This document shows, piece by piece, positions 29,483 through 40,954 of a stretch of 64,000 nt of DNA; the stretch's first letter is position 1, and each line of letters starts with the position of its first letter. The position numbers and the translations under genes are program-made. The notes under the pieces are model-generated. The model worked only from the letters and a program-made list of their open reading frames with translations, made no database searches and was not told the DNA's origin. Source of the DNA: an uncultured Chloroflexia bacterium (lineage in GTDB: Bacteria > Chloroflexota > Limnocylindria > Limnocylindrales > CSP1-4); the NCBI GenBank assembly GCA_963706695.1, contig CAVPNC010000020.1, positions 72,372-136,371 on the forward strand, read 5' to 3'.

Positions 29483-31214
29483 TCAGTCGATCATGATCGC
29501 GTCTGGTCCCGGCACGCCCGAAGCGGTCGTGGTGTACGTGGCCGGCAGGCGGCGGTTCAGCGCGAACTCGCGCATGGCCGTGGCGCCCGAGAGGTTGTAG
29601 ACCTCGGCGAAACCGTGCTGCTTGAGGATGCGCGTGGCCACGTACGAGCGCAGGCCCGAACGGCAGGCCACGATCGTGGGCAGCGACGGGTCGAGCTCGC
29701 CGAGGCGGTCGCGCAGCTTGTCGAGCGGGATGTTGACGATGTCGTCGCAGTCGGCCAGCGGCAGCGCCTCGACCTCTGCCGCGCGAGCGCACGTCGACCG
29801 TCTGGTACGGGCACAGGTCGATGTCGGGCTGGACCACGGGCGCGAGCCCATCGAGGTGGTTCTGGGCCGCGAACGCCGCCATGTGCACGGGGTCCTTGGC
29901 CGAGCCGAACGGCGGAGCGTAGGCCAGGTCGAGCTGCGGCGAGGTCGTGGACGGTGCCGCCGAAGTGCATCAGCGTGGAGATGACGTCGAGGCGCTTGTC
30001 GACGCCCTCGCCGCCGCAGGCCTGGGCGCCGAGCACCTTGCCGGTGCCCTCCTCGAAGACGAGCTTCGACGATCATGGCCTGCGCGCCGGGGTAGTAGCC
30101 GGCGTGGTTGTTGGCGATGACGTGGGTGGCCGTGGCGTCGCAGCCCGCTGCCTTGGCAGCCTTGAGCGAGAGGCCGGTCATGCCGGCGGAGGTGCCGAAG
30201 ACGCGCACGATGCTGGTGCCCCAGGCGCCGGGCGCCGGGCGCGACTCGCCGGTCGCGGCGTGTTCGCCCGCGAGGCGGCCGGTGCGGTTGGCCGGGCCGG
30301 CCAGGGCCACGCGCTGCCTGGCGCCGGTCGGGCCATAGGCGTACTCGGCCGCGTCGCCGACGGCGTAGATGTCGGGGTCGTTGGTGCGCATGTAGTCGTC
30401 GGTAGCGATGCCGCGGCTCGCGCCCAGCTCGATGCCGGCAGCCTCGGCGAGGGCGATGTTGGGACGCACGCCGATGCCCAGCAGGACGAGGTCGGCCGGC
30501 AGGCGCGTGCCATCGGCGAGGATGACCGCGGTCGCGCGGCCGCCCTGCTCCTCGATCGAGGCGATGCCGTTGCCCAGCTCCAGGCGCACGCCGTTGAACT
30601 CGAGCTGGCGGTGCAGCGGCTCGACCATCTCGGGGTCGTGCAGCGGCAGCACCTGCGGCTGCATCTCGACGAGCGCCACGTCCAGGCCCTTGCGCCGGAA
30701 CTGCTCGGCCGTCTCGAGGCCGACGTAGCCGCCACCGACGACGACCGCGCGCCTGCGCGTCGGGCATGGCCTCGGCGATGCGGTCGGTGTCTTCGAGGTT
30801 GCGCAGGGTGAAGACGCCCTCGGCCTCCACGCCCGGGATGGGCGGCACGAGCGGGTCGGCGCCGGGCGCGAGGATGAGCTTGTCGTAGGCCATCTCGTAG
30901 GAGGCGTCGGCGTCGAGGTCGACGACCGTGATGGACTTGGCCGCGCGGTCGATGCCGGTGACCTCGTGGCGCGTGCGCACCTCGATGTCGAAGCGGCGCT
31001 TGAAGAGCGACGGCTTGGCGATGAGCAGCGCGTCGCGGTCCTGGATCTCGCCGCCGAGGTAGTAGGGCAGGCCGCAGTTGGCGAAGGAGACGTACGAGTC
31101 GCGCTCGAAGATGATGATGCGGGCGTTCTCGTTCATGCGGCGGGCACGGGCGGCGGCGGATGCGCCACCGGCGACACCGCCGACGATGAGGATGGTGGGG
31201 GCGGTTTCGGACAC
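29483..31214 (-). pseudogene. CoA-disulfide/persulfide reductase-type FAD oxidoreductase fused to a C-terminal rhodanese domain, four frame breaks (about 30750, 30060, 29930, 29787)
   Basis: GTG at 31214 follows GGAGA. Motifs: IVGGVAGGASAA (FAD), the redox Cys in SFANCGLPYY, a second Rossmann VVVGGGYVGLE, and the rhodanese active site IVACRSGLRS. The pieces lie in ORFs 29970..31607, 29483..30679, 29557..30036 and 29316..29888. Confidence 0.8.
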
Positions 31215-31389
31215 GGGTCGATCTCCGATCGAGTCGGAGGGCTGGTTGTTGCTCTCGATGATACTCAGTCTCAACGCCGATTCGTCCGGCCGCGAGTCGT
31301 CCACGGCAGGCCATCCGGACCGTTCGCTGCCGCCGACGATGCCTGGACGGCGCCGACGGTGAACGACCGGTCGATCACGCACCTGGCAA

Positions 31390-31401
31390 CCAATCGATTG
31401 G
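31390..31401. promoter_or_regulatory. Perfect 12-bp palindrome CCAATCGATTGG in the divergent CoADR / cysE intergenic region
   Basis: Read directly from the sequence. It is AT-richer than its surroundings and lies 25 nt upstream of ATG 31426. Confidence 0.35.
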
Positions 31402-31425
31402 ACGTCCCGACGCGGCTGGTATACG

Positions 31426-32310
31426 GTGTCGCTCCCGACCCTCGACCCAGAGGAGATCCGTGACCAGAACGACCGACGCGCCGCGGCAGACGCAGCCGCC
31501 GTTGCCCGCGTGTGCTCGAGCGAGGGCATCCGTTCCCGCTCAAGCGGGACGTGGCCGGCATCTTCGACGCACTCATCGGCGGCCTCTTCCCGCAGTTGGC
31601 GACGCACCCGGCCCGCGACGCCGACGACCTGACACGTCGGATCGAGGCGGCTTGTGAGCAGTTCGGCGCGGTCGCGGCTCCGCTCGACCGGGCGGCCGGC
31701 CGACAGAGCCTGGCGCGCCGGCTCCTGGAGACGTTGCCGGGGTCCACGATCGCAGCCTCGAGGACGCCGAGGCCATCCTCGCGGGCGACCCGGCGGCCGA
31801 ATCGCTCGACGAGGTCATCGCCGCCTACCCGGGCTTCCTGGCCATCTCCGCGCATCGCCTGGCGCACGCGGTGCACCGGACTGGGCGTGCCCATCGTGCC
31901 GCGCCTGATGGCCGAGCTCGCCCACTCCCGCTCGGGCGTCGACATCCATCCGGGCGCGACCATCGGCCGACTCGTTCTGCATCGACCACGGCACCGGCAT
32001 CGTCATCGGTGAGACGCACCGTCATCGGCGACGACGTGAAGCTCTACCAGGGCGTCACGCTCGGGGCGCTCTCGGTGTCCAAGGACACGGCCGGCACCAA
32101 GCGCCACCCCACCATCGGCGACCGCGTCGTCGTCTACGCCAACGCCACCGTGCTCGGCGGCGATACCACCGATCGGCGCCGACAGCATCATCGGCGGCAA
32201 CGTCTTGCTCACCAGCAGCGTCCCGCCCGGGCTCGCTCGTCTACCAGACCAGCGACTACCGCGTCCGCCGCCAGCGAGGCGGCTTCGACGACGCGGACTT
32301 CGTCATCTGA
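31426..32310 (+). pseudogene. cysE: Serine O-acetyltransferase (long, EpsC-like form), 6-7 frame breaks
   Basis: Hand-stitching across three frames gives ...[19 protein letters not shown](L)[57 protein letters not shown]...[47 protein letters not shown]...*. Each break is resolved by removing one nt. The start could instead be GTG 31512. Confidence 0.8.
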
Positions 32311-32325
32311 ACCAGGAGGATCCCC

Positions 32326-33251
<926 letters not shown>

Positions 33252-33337
33252 CGCCAGCCTGCCCAGTTCGGGCATCATGGGCGAATGACCACCGTGACAC
33301 TCGATATTCGGGACGAGCCTGGGGGCGCGGCGGCCTG

Positions 33338-33950
33338 ATGGAGGTCACTACCGTCATCACGGTCTACGGGGTCGCGGCGCTGGTCGGCATCCTCGTCATC
33401 GTCTGGTTCGGGCTCATGTTCGTGGCCTCGCGCTTCTCGGACGGGGTCGCCGAGAGCTACGCCGGACTGCGACTCCGCCTCGCGCCAATGGCGCTCACCG
33501 CCGCGTGGGGCGTGGCCCTGCTCGCTACGGCCGGCAGCCTCTACTTCAGCGAGTCCGCCAACTACACGCCCTGCACGCTGTGCTGGTACCAGCGCATCGC
33601 GATGTACCCGCTGGTGCTCATCCTCGGCATCGCCATCGTGCGGCGCGACACGGCCGTGCGCATCTACGCGGTGCCGGTGGCGGTCGTGGGTGCCGCCATC
33701 TCCGGCTATCACTACCTGCTCGAGTGGTTCCCCGAGATCGACACTGGCGCCTGCAGCGCGGTCATCCCCTGTACGCAGGTGTGGTTCCGCGAGTTCGGCT
33801 TCGTGAGCCTGCCGCTGCTGGCGCTCGTGGCCTTCGGCCTGATCATCACCTTCCTGCTCATCCCCGCACGCGCGCGCGTGGTCGATGGAGGATGCAGCGG
33901 ACGAGGGCTGGGACGAAGAGGTCGAGGAGCCGGGACCCGACGAGGACTAG
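33338..33950 (+). pseudogene. DsbB/BdbC-like disulfide bond formation protein; C-terminus frame-shifted near 33875
   Basis: Four TM helices, CTLCWYQR (CxxC) and a second Cys pair GACSAVIPC. The ORF runs on to 35005 antisense to other genes. A 1-nt shift in the cgcgcgcg run gives an acidic tail ending at TAG 33948-33950. Confidence 0.65.
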
Positions 33951-34900
33951 CGCGGTCGGCGGCGACCGCCTCGATCGACCGCGGTGGCGATGGCGATGTC
34001 CTGCACGGCCACGCCGGTGGAGTCGAAGACCGTCACCTCGTCGGCCGAGGTCCGACCGGTGGCCTCCCCCGCCAGCAGCGCGCCCAGCTCGACAGCCTTG
34101 TCGGCCACGATCGCTCCGGCGGCCAGGGCGCGCGCGATCTCGCCGCGGGTGCGGCACTGCTCGAGGCTGTCGGCCACGACCACGTCGGCGAGCGCCAGCA
34201 CGTCGGCCGCCAGCTCCTGCTTCTCCGCGGTGTCGGAGCCGATGGCCGTGATGTGCGTGACCCGGTCGGATATCGGCAGCCCGCAGCAGGGGCGTGTGTC
34301 GAGGGCGTGGTGGTCACGATCAGCTGCGAGCGCGCCGCCACCGCAGCCGGCGACTCGACGGCGGCGACCGCGAAGCCGGCATCGGCCATGTCCGGTGCGA
34401 TACGTCTCGAGGTGCTGCGGGTCGCGGCCCCAGGCCACGACCTCGCGCGTCTCGAACAGGGGCGCCAGCTGTCGCAGCTGCAGCCGCGCCTGCACGCCGG
34501 TGCCGAGCACGCCGATGCGCTCGACGTCCGGTGGCGCCAGGGCTCGCGCGGCGACAGCGCCGGCGGCCGCGGTACGCACGTCGGTCAGGTGGCCCTCATC
34601 GAGCAGCACGGCCACGGGCTCGCCGGTCTCCTGCCGGAACACGAGCATCAGCCCGTTGCTCGAGGGCAGCCCCAGCGCGGGGTTCTCGTAGAAGCCGCTG
34701 GCGACCTTGATGACGTAGTAGTCGTCGCCCGCGATGGCGCCGTACTTGATGTGCACCTCGCCCTTGTCGAGCAGCAGCTCGCCCACCGGCGGCACGATCG
34801 CGCGACCGGCCGAGTAGCCGAGGAAGGCGTTCTCCATGAGGGGCAGCAGGTCCATCCCGGCGAGGAGCTGCTCGATGCGCGAGCGCTCCACGATGAGCAT
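33947..34900 (-). pseudogene. Ornithine cyclodeaminase / mu-crystallin family protein, three frame breaks (about 34392, 34295, 34262)
   Basis: ATG 34900 overlaps the upstream stop (ATGA). The stitched sequence contains GVLGTGVQARLQL, IVTTTPS..PLLRAADIRPGTHITAIGSD and VFDSTGVAVQD. Confidence 0.75.
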
Positions 34901-35870
34901 CAGGCCAGGATCACGCGCAGCTTCTCGACCCCCACGTTGCCGCCGCAGAGGATGACCGCGGTCGTGCCCACGGTGGTGCTGGCGTTGGCCCGGGCGGCCG
35001 CGTAGGCCATGGCTGCTGAGCCTTCGACGAGCAGATGCTCGACCTCGATGAGCTCGAGGAAGGCGCTGCGGATGTCGTCCTCGTCCACGGTCACGAAGTC
35101 GTCGAGCAGCCCGTGCCAGGATGTCGAGCGTGATGGCGCCCGGCTCCACACCGCCGGCGGTGCCGTCGCTGAGCGTGGGCTCCGACGGCATGTCCAGGAC
35201 CTGCGCCGGCCTTGAGCGAGTGGTACATCACGGCCGAGTTCACAGGCGAGCAGCCGATGACGCGCACGGACGGCGAGACCGCCTTGATGATGCCGGCCAC
35301 GCCGCTGGCCAGCCCGCCGCCGCCGACCGCCACGAAGACCGTCGTGAGGTCCCGACCTGCTCCAGCAGCTCCAGCCCGATCGTGCCCTGGCCGCCGATGA
35401 TGGCCGGGTCGTTGTAGGGGGAGATGAACGTCATCCCGCGCTCCCGGGCCATCCGTCGGGCACCCAGCTCGCTCTCGACGGAGTCGGTGCCGTGGACCTC
35501 GATGCGGCCGCCAAGCCGCTCGATGGACGCGAGCTTGGAGGGGTTGGCGTCCGCGGGCACGACCACGGTCGGGGCCACGCCCACGATGGCGCCGGCATAG
35601 GAGACCGCCGCACCATGGTTGCCGGTGGAGGCGGTGATGACGCCCCTGTCGAGCTCTTCGCGGCTGAGCGAGGACCTTGCTGACCGCGCCTCGCGCCTTG
35701 AAGGAGCCGGTGTGCTGGAGGTTCTCGCACTTGAGCACGACGGACGAGCCGACCAAGGCCGAGAGTCCGAGCGAGGGCACGACCGGCGTCGTCAGCAGGT
35801 GCGGCCGAGCCCGCTCCTCAGCGGCGCGGACCTCAGCTGCTACGTCGATCGGGGATGCCTGGTTCGTCAT
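34900..35870 (-). pseudogene. PLP-dependent threonine/serine dehydratase-like enzyme, four frame breaks (about 35648, 35350, 35205, 35115)
   Basis: PLP-lysine motif HTGSFKARGA. The stitched sequence contains ITASTGNHGAAVSYAG and GGGGLASGVAG. The pieces lie in ORFs 35091..35870, 35240..35584, 33947..35191 (tail) and 34900..35151. Confidence 0.75.
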
Positions 35871-35874
35871 GCCC

Positions 35875-36864
35875 TCAGTCTAGGGCGATGGCGGTCGGCT
35901 CCGGCGAGCGCCGCACCGCCCCAGGGGGTGTGCCCATGACCCGCTTGAAGGCTCGCGCGAAGGCCGCTTCCGAGCGGTAGCCCAGGTGCCCGGCCAGCTC
36001 AGCCACGGTGGTGCCGTCGCGCCGCAGCATGTCGTGGGCCAGGTACATGCGCCAGCGGGTGACGTAGGACATCACCGGCTCCCCGACCAGCTCCGTGAAG
36101 CGTGCCGCGAAGGCCGAGCGCGACATGGCCAGCTCGTGCGCCAGCGCAGCCACCGTCCACGCCCGCGCGGGGTCCTCGTGAATGAGTGCCAACGCCCGGC
36201 CCACCTGCGGATGCTGCAGAGCTCCCAGCCAGCCGCTCTGCGCGGCCGGGTCCTGTTCGATCCAGGCTCGGACCGCCTGGATGACGAGGATGTCCGCGAG
36301 CCGCGTGATGACGGCCTCACCGCCGGGCTGCAGCTCCTCAGCCTCGGCCGCCATGAGCCGGATGACGCCGTACATGCGCTCCAGCCGTGGAGACTCGGCC
36401 GCCTCGAGGTGGATGACCGCAGGCATGGCGGAAACGAGCTCGCGTGCAGCCGGGTGCTCGAAGCGGACGGCCCCGCAGAGCAGCATCGTCGGCTCGCCAT
36501 CCCCGCCATGGCGCAGGATCTCGTAGCGGTCGCTTACCTGCTCGCGCTCGAGGTCGAGGATGAACGGCGTGGCCGCACCTGGCTCGCTGTCGAGCCCGTG
36601 ACCCTCCCCGTGCGGCACCAGTGCGAAGTCACCGGCGTCGAGCGTCACGGCCTCGCCGCTCTCGGGCACGACGCGTGCGCGGCCGCGTGTGACGACGTGG
36701 AACCAGAGGTAGTCGGGCATGGCCGGCAAGGTCATGCCCCAGGGGGCGGTCAGCTCCGAGCGGCAGTAGAAGGCGCCGTTCATGCGCAGGAAATGCAGCG
36801 CCTGGCCCAAGGCGTCGGACGGCGGGAAGGGATCGAGTGCGGTCATGCCGGCAGTCTCAGGCAT
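35875..36864 (-). CDS. AraC-family transcriptional regulator (cupin sensor plus HTH)
   Basis: Intact 329-aa ORF with a C-terminal AraC HTH (LAHELAMSRSAFARFTELVGEPVMSYVTRWRM...GYRSEAAFARAFKR). Confidence 0.85.
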   Translation of the reverse strand: MPETAGMTALDPFPPSDALGQALHFLRMNGAFYCRSELTAPWGMTLPAMPDYLWFHVVTRGRARVVPESGEAVTLDAGDFALVPHGEGHGLDSEPGAATPFILDLEREQVSDRYEILRHGGDGEPTMLLCGAVRFEHPAARELVSAMPAVIHLEAAESPRLERMYGVIRLMAAEAEELQPGGEAVITRLADILVIQAVRAWIEQDPAAQSGWLGALQHPQVGRALALIHEDPARAWTVAALAHELAMSRSAFAARFTELVGEPVMSYVTRWRMYLAHDMLRRDGTTVAELAGHLGYRSEAAFARAFKRVMGTPPGAVRRSPEPTAIALD

Positions 36865-36983
36865 GACTGCTCATCCGTCCAGTCGGTCTGGACGTTCGAG
36901 CATGACTGTCGGCGCAGTAGGCATTCACAGTCCAATCATTCGGCTGGACACTGGCGCAGTCAACCAACACAAGGAGATGCCAG

Positions 36984-37826
36984 ATGCATACCCACACCGA
37001 CACCACCCTCATCCTCGGAGCGAGCGGCAAGACCGGGCGGCGCATCGCCCAGCGGCTGACGGACCTGGGCCGGCCCGTGCGGCTCGGCTCGCGTACCGGC
37101 ACACCACAATTCGAGTGGCACGACCGCTCCACGTGGGGCCCCGTCCTCGAGGACGTCTCCCGCGTATACATCTCCTACTACCCCGACATCGCCGCCCCCG
37201 GCGCGGTCGAGATCGTGGGCGCCTTCGCTCGCGAGGCCGTGGCGCGCGGTGCCAGGCGACTCGTGCTGCTCTCCGGACGCGGCGAGGTGGAAGCAGAACG
37301 TGCCGAGCAGGTCGTGCGCGACTCCGGGGCCGACGTGACCATCGTGCGGGCGACCTGGTTCGCCCAGAACTTCAGCGAGGGTTTCATGCGTGAGGGCGTG
37401 CTCGAGGGTGTGCTGGTGCTGCCTGCCAGCGACACGCCGGAACCGTTCGTGGATGCCGAGGACATCGCCGATGTGGCCGTCGCCGCCCTCACCGACGACC
37501 GCCACATCGGCCGACTCTACGAGCTCACCGGTCCTCGCGCACTGACCTTCGCGGAGGCGGTGGCGGAGATCGCCCGGGCCAGCGGTCGCGACGTGCGCTA
37601 CCAGCCGGTCGGTCTCGACGAGTACACGGCGGCCATGACCGACCTTGGTGTGCCCAGCGAGGTCGTCGAGCTCACCCGCTATCTCTTCAGCGAAGTCCTC
37701 GACGGCCGCAACTCGCAGACGGTCGCTGGCGTCGAGCAGGCCCTCGGCCGCGCCCCTCGCGACTTCGGCGACTACGCGCGGGACGCTGCAGCCGCCGGTG
37801 CCTGGGTCGTCGAGGAGGCGGCATGA
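36984..37826 (+). CDS. NmrA-like / NAD(P)H-binding atypical SDR protein
   Basis: Intact 280-aa ORF. The N-terminal motif is ILGASGKTGRRI. The RBS AAGGAG lies upstream of ATG 36984. Confidence 0.8.
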   Translation: MHTHTDTTLILGASGKTGRRIAQRLTDLGRPVRLGSRTGTPQFEWHDRSTWGPVLEDVSRVYISYYPDIAAPGAVEIVGAFAREAVARGARRLVLLSGRGEVEAERAEQVVRDSGADVTIVRATWFAQNFSEGFMREGVLEGVLVLPASDTPEPFVDAEDIADVAVAALTDDRHIGRLYELTGPRALTFAEAVAEIARASGRDVRYQPVGLDEYTAAMTDLGVPSEVVELTRYLFSEVLDGRNSQTVAGVEQALGRAPRDFGDYARDAAAAGAWVVEEAA

Positions 37827-38315
37827 GCGGCATCGACATCGGAGCGATCCTCACGGTGCTCGGCATCGTGGGCGCGGGGCTCATGGCCGGCGTCTACTAC
37901 ACCTTCTCCACCTTCACCATGGCCGGGTTGCGGCGGCTACCGGCCAGCGAGGGGGCCGCGGCCATGCAGGCGGTCAACCTGGAGGCTCCACGACCGCCCC
38001 TCATGAGCGTGTTCTTCGGAACCGCAGCTGGTGGGCGTGGGCCGTCTACGTCGGGCTCGGCCCTTGCCATCAGCGACTTCGAGGGCTTCTCGTCGCTGCT
38101 CTCCATCAGCGGAGCCTCTCTCTACATCTCCAGCATCGTCATCACCGGGGTCTTCAATGTGCCCCTGAACGACCGACTGGAGGCGGCCAACCCCGGCAGC
38201 CCGCAGGGCATCTCGGTGTGGACCGACTACCAGCGACGATGGACGCGCTTCAACCACCTGCGCGTGGCGGTGTCGACGGCCTCGGTGCTGCTGCTGAGCG
38301 CGAGCCTCCGTGGTC
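37823..38315 (+). CDS. DUF1772 (anthrone-oxygenase-like) membrane protein; internal and 3' frame uncertain
   Basis: Typical N-terminus (GLMAGVYYTFSTFTMAGL) and the NVPLNDRL motif. The ORF has no stop until 38869 and runs antisense through the aminotransferase gene, so the true stop has probably been lost to an indel near 38290-38315. Confidence 0.55.
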
Positions 38316-39440
38316 TAGGAGCGCAGCCTCTTGACCGACTCGCTGATGCGCGCCAGCCCGTCGAGCAACTGCGGTTCCGGCAGCGCGAAGGAGAGGCGGA
38401 TGTGATGCTCCAGGCCGAAGTGGGCCCCGGGAACGATGAGGACGCTGCGTTCGTCGCGCAGCGTCCTCATCCATGCTTCCGACCCGATGGGCAGGTCGTA
38501 CTTGAGGAAGGTGATGGCGGCCGCGTCAGGCGGGGTGCCGGTGAAGACGCCGTCCTGCTCGCTGAGCCACTCGCCGAGGAGGCCGTAGCCGCCCTTGAGC
38601 AGGAGGCGCGTGCGGGCGAGGATCTGCGGCCGCACCGTGGGCGAGAGGGCGGTGGCGGTGAGGTGGTCCGAGAGCATCGAGAGGGCGATGGTCGTGTACT
38701 CGTGGCGCGCCCCCATGTCGTTCAGCAACCCGGGCAGCCCGACGGCCCAGCCGATGCGCAGGCCGGGCAGGCCGTAGGCCTTGCTCATGCTGCCCATCGC
38801 GATCACCTTGTCGTAGCGGCCGTAGAACGAGGGCGTCTCCTCGTCGGAGCGCGCTCCGCGCCGCGGTAGACCTCGTCGGCCAGCAGCCAGGCACCGTTGC
38901 GGGCGGCGCAGTCCACGATCGCGGTCCATCTCCGGCCTCGGTCAGGATCCGGCCCGTGGGATTGTTGGGGTTGCAGATCGCGATCAGGCCGGTTCGCGGA
39001 CCGACCTTGCTCTCCAGTTCGTCCAGATTCGGCGCCCAGCCGTTCTCCTCTCGCAGGTTGAACGTCTTGACTTCCAGCCCGTGGTTCTTGGCGATGCCCC
39101 AGATCTGCATGTAGTTGGGCAGCATGATGACGATCTCGTCGCCGGGATCGAGCAGCGTGCGGATCGCCAGGTAGTTGGCCTCGATGGCGCCGACCGTGAC
39201 CAGCACGTCGTCCCGTGTCGCGCCGTCGTAGGTCAGCGCGATGTGGTCGCGCAGTTGCGGGATGCCGTTGACGTGCGGGTAGTTGATGTCGGTCGGCCAG
39301 GAGCCCTCCTCGCCCCGTGCATGCGCCAGCAAGTCGCCCAGCGTCATCGGGTGCACGCCGCTCTCGGACAGGTTGAATTCGACCTCGTTCTCGTAGTCGG
39401 ACATCATCTGTTCCATCTCGAACGGGCGGAAGTCGGGCAT
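38315..39440 (-). pseudogene. Class I/II PLP-dependent aminotransferase, three frame breaks (about 38932, 38918, 38858)
   Basis: ATG 39440. The stitched sequence contains CNPNNPTGRILTEAEMDRIVDCAARNGAWLLADEVYRGAERSDEETPSFYG and the PLP lysine in MGSMSKAYGLPGLRIGW. Confidence 0.8.
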
Positions 39441-39748
39441 GGCAAGGCTCCTGGGCACGGGCGACTGGTCGACCCTCAGTCTAGGGCCCACGGATCGAGG
39501 CGTCGGCGCGCCCCACCACGTCTTCGCAGTCATTGCAGCCAACACCGGTTCCTCGACGCCTCGGGCGTGCGGGGTCAGAGCGCTCGAGGTGGCTCATGCC
39601 CAGCGTGCATGAGCGGCAGGCTAGGTCGCGTGCAACCGCCGCCCAAGGGTCGACATTGACGCCGGAGGAGGGGGGTCTGACCCCCGGCCACGGCAATGGT
39701 TGCGAAGACTCGGCTCAAGGCAGAGGCATGGCCGTGCCCGCGGGACCC

Positions 39749-40915
39749 CTACCCCTCCTCGACGACGGCTGGCGCGGTCCACAGCTTGGCCGCCAGCAGC
39801 AGCCCCACGACCACGCCCGTGAGCAGGATCGGCTGCGGCGTGAGCGGCGTCAGCAGCACGAGCACGATGGCCACCGGCGTCAGGGACATGCGCAGGCGCG
39901 ACAGCGGCCGGGGCACGTCGTGCAACACCCAGATCCCGGCCAGGTAGATCGCCACCGGGATGGCCACGGCCGCACCAGCGACGGTCAGGTCCACGTGCGC
40001 GTGGTCGGTGAGCACGTCGACGCCCACGGCGATGCCCGCGCCGACGGCAGCTGCCGCGGCCCAGATGAAGTAGTGGCCGTAGCCCCATTCGTAGGCTCGG
40101 GCACGCGTGGTCAGGAGGTCCTCGCTGTTGCGCTCGAAGTAGAGCCACCACATGGTGAAGACGAGCAGCAGCGCCCCCACCGCATAGAGCAGCAGCTCGA
40201 TGTTGGAGAAGGCATCGTCAGCGATGGCGGTGAAGGCACCGGCGCCTGCGAGCACCGATTCACCGAGGACGATGATGGTCAGCAGGCCGTATCGCTCGGC
40301 GATGTGTTCCGCGTGCCAGATGCCGACGGCTCCGCGAACCGCCCAGATGGGCACGGCCAGCTCAGCCAGGAAGAGCACGCCGAAGGCGAGGACGAAGAGG
40401 TCGCCGGGCACGAGCAGGAAGGCCGCGACCCAGGCGACCTGGACGACTGCGATGCCGGCCGCCCAGCGAAGGTTCTGCGTCCGATGGGCCGGGTCATCGC
40501 GAGCGGCACGCAACCATTGCGCCACGAGCGCCACGCGCATGACGATGTAGCCGATGAGCACGAACGACCAGTCGTTCGCGTCGAAGGCTCGACCGATGCC
40601 CGCGGCCACGATGACCGCGCCGGCCATCTGCACGAAGACCGCCACGCGATACGGGACGTCGTCGGTGTCGTAGCTCGTGGCGAACCAGGTGAAGCCCATC
40701 CAGGCCCACCACACGGCCGCGAACGTCATCAGGTAGCCGAGGACCGACTCGAGGATGTGGTCCTCGGCGATGCCGTGATGCAGCGATGCGGCCGCCACGG
40801 CCACGGCCACCACGATGACCAGGTCGAAGAAGAGCTCGAGTGGCGTGGCGGCACGGTTGGGCTCGTCGGGGTCCCGGCCACGCATGGGCGTGATGAAGCG
40901 CTTGACCTCGCTCAT
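39749..40915 (-). CDS. Low-temperature-requirement protein A (LtrA) family membrane protein
   Basis: Intact ORF with the N-terminal signature ATPLELFFDLVIVVAV and more than 10 TM helices. I chose the start at ATG 40915. Confidence 0.75.
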   Translation of the reverse strand: MSEVKRFITPMRGRDPDEPNRAATPLELFFDLVIVVAVAVAAASLHHGIAEDHILESVLGYLMTFAAVWWAWMGFTWFATSYDTDDVPYRVAVFVQMAGAVIVAAGIGRAFDANDWSFVLIGYIVMRVALVAQWLRAARDDPAHRTQNLRWAAGIAVVQVAWVAAFLLVPGDLFVLAFGVLFLAELAVPIWAVRGAVGIWHAEHIAERYGLLTIIVLGESVLAGAGAFTAIADDAFSNIELLLYAVGALLLVFTMWWLYFERNSEDLLTTRARAYEWGYGHYFIWAAAAAVGAGIAVGVDVLTDHAHVDLTVAGAAVAIPVAIYLAGIWVLHDVPRPLSRLRMSLTPVAIVLVLLTPLTPQPILLTGVVVGLLLAAKLWTAPAVVEEG

Positions 40916-40954
40916 GACGGGAACGGTACCTGAAGGCGGTCGTACGATGGACAC

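Noticed and set aside
33338-35005. 555-aa ORF starting with the DsbB-like protein
   Set aside because: Beyond about 33880 it is an antisense reading of the OCD gene with GC-biased, low-complexity composition. A shifted frame gives a plausible stop at 33950.
39441-39748. 308-nt region between the aminotransferase start and the LtrA stop, with several inverted repeats (ctcatgc-N7-gcatgag at 39593-39613; gggggtc t gaccccc at about 39672-39686; a 9-bp long-range pairing gaggcgtcg/cgacgcctc); considered as a riboswitch or leader
   Set aside because: I could not match it to any riboswitch class from memory. The hairpins are equally well explained as the LtrA terminator plus ordinary GC-rich secondary structure. 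A covariance-model scan would be needed.
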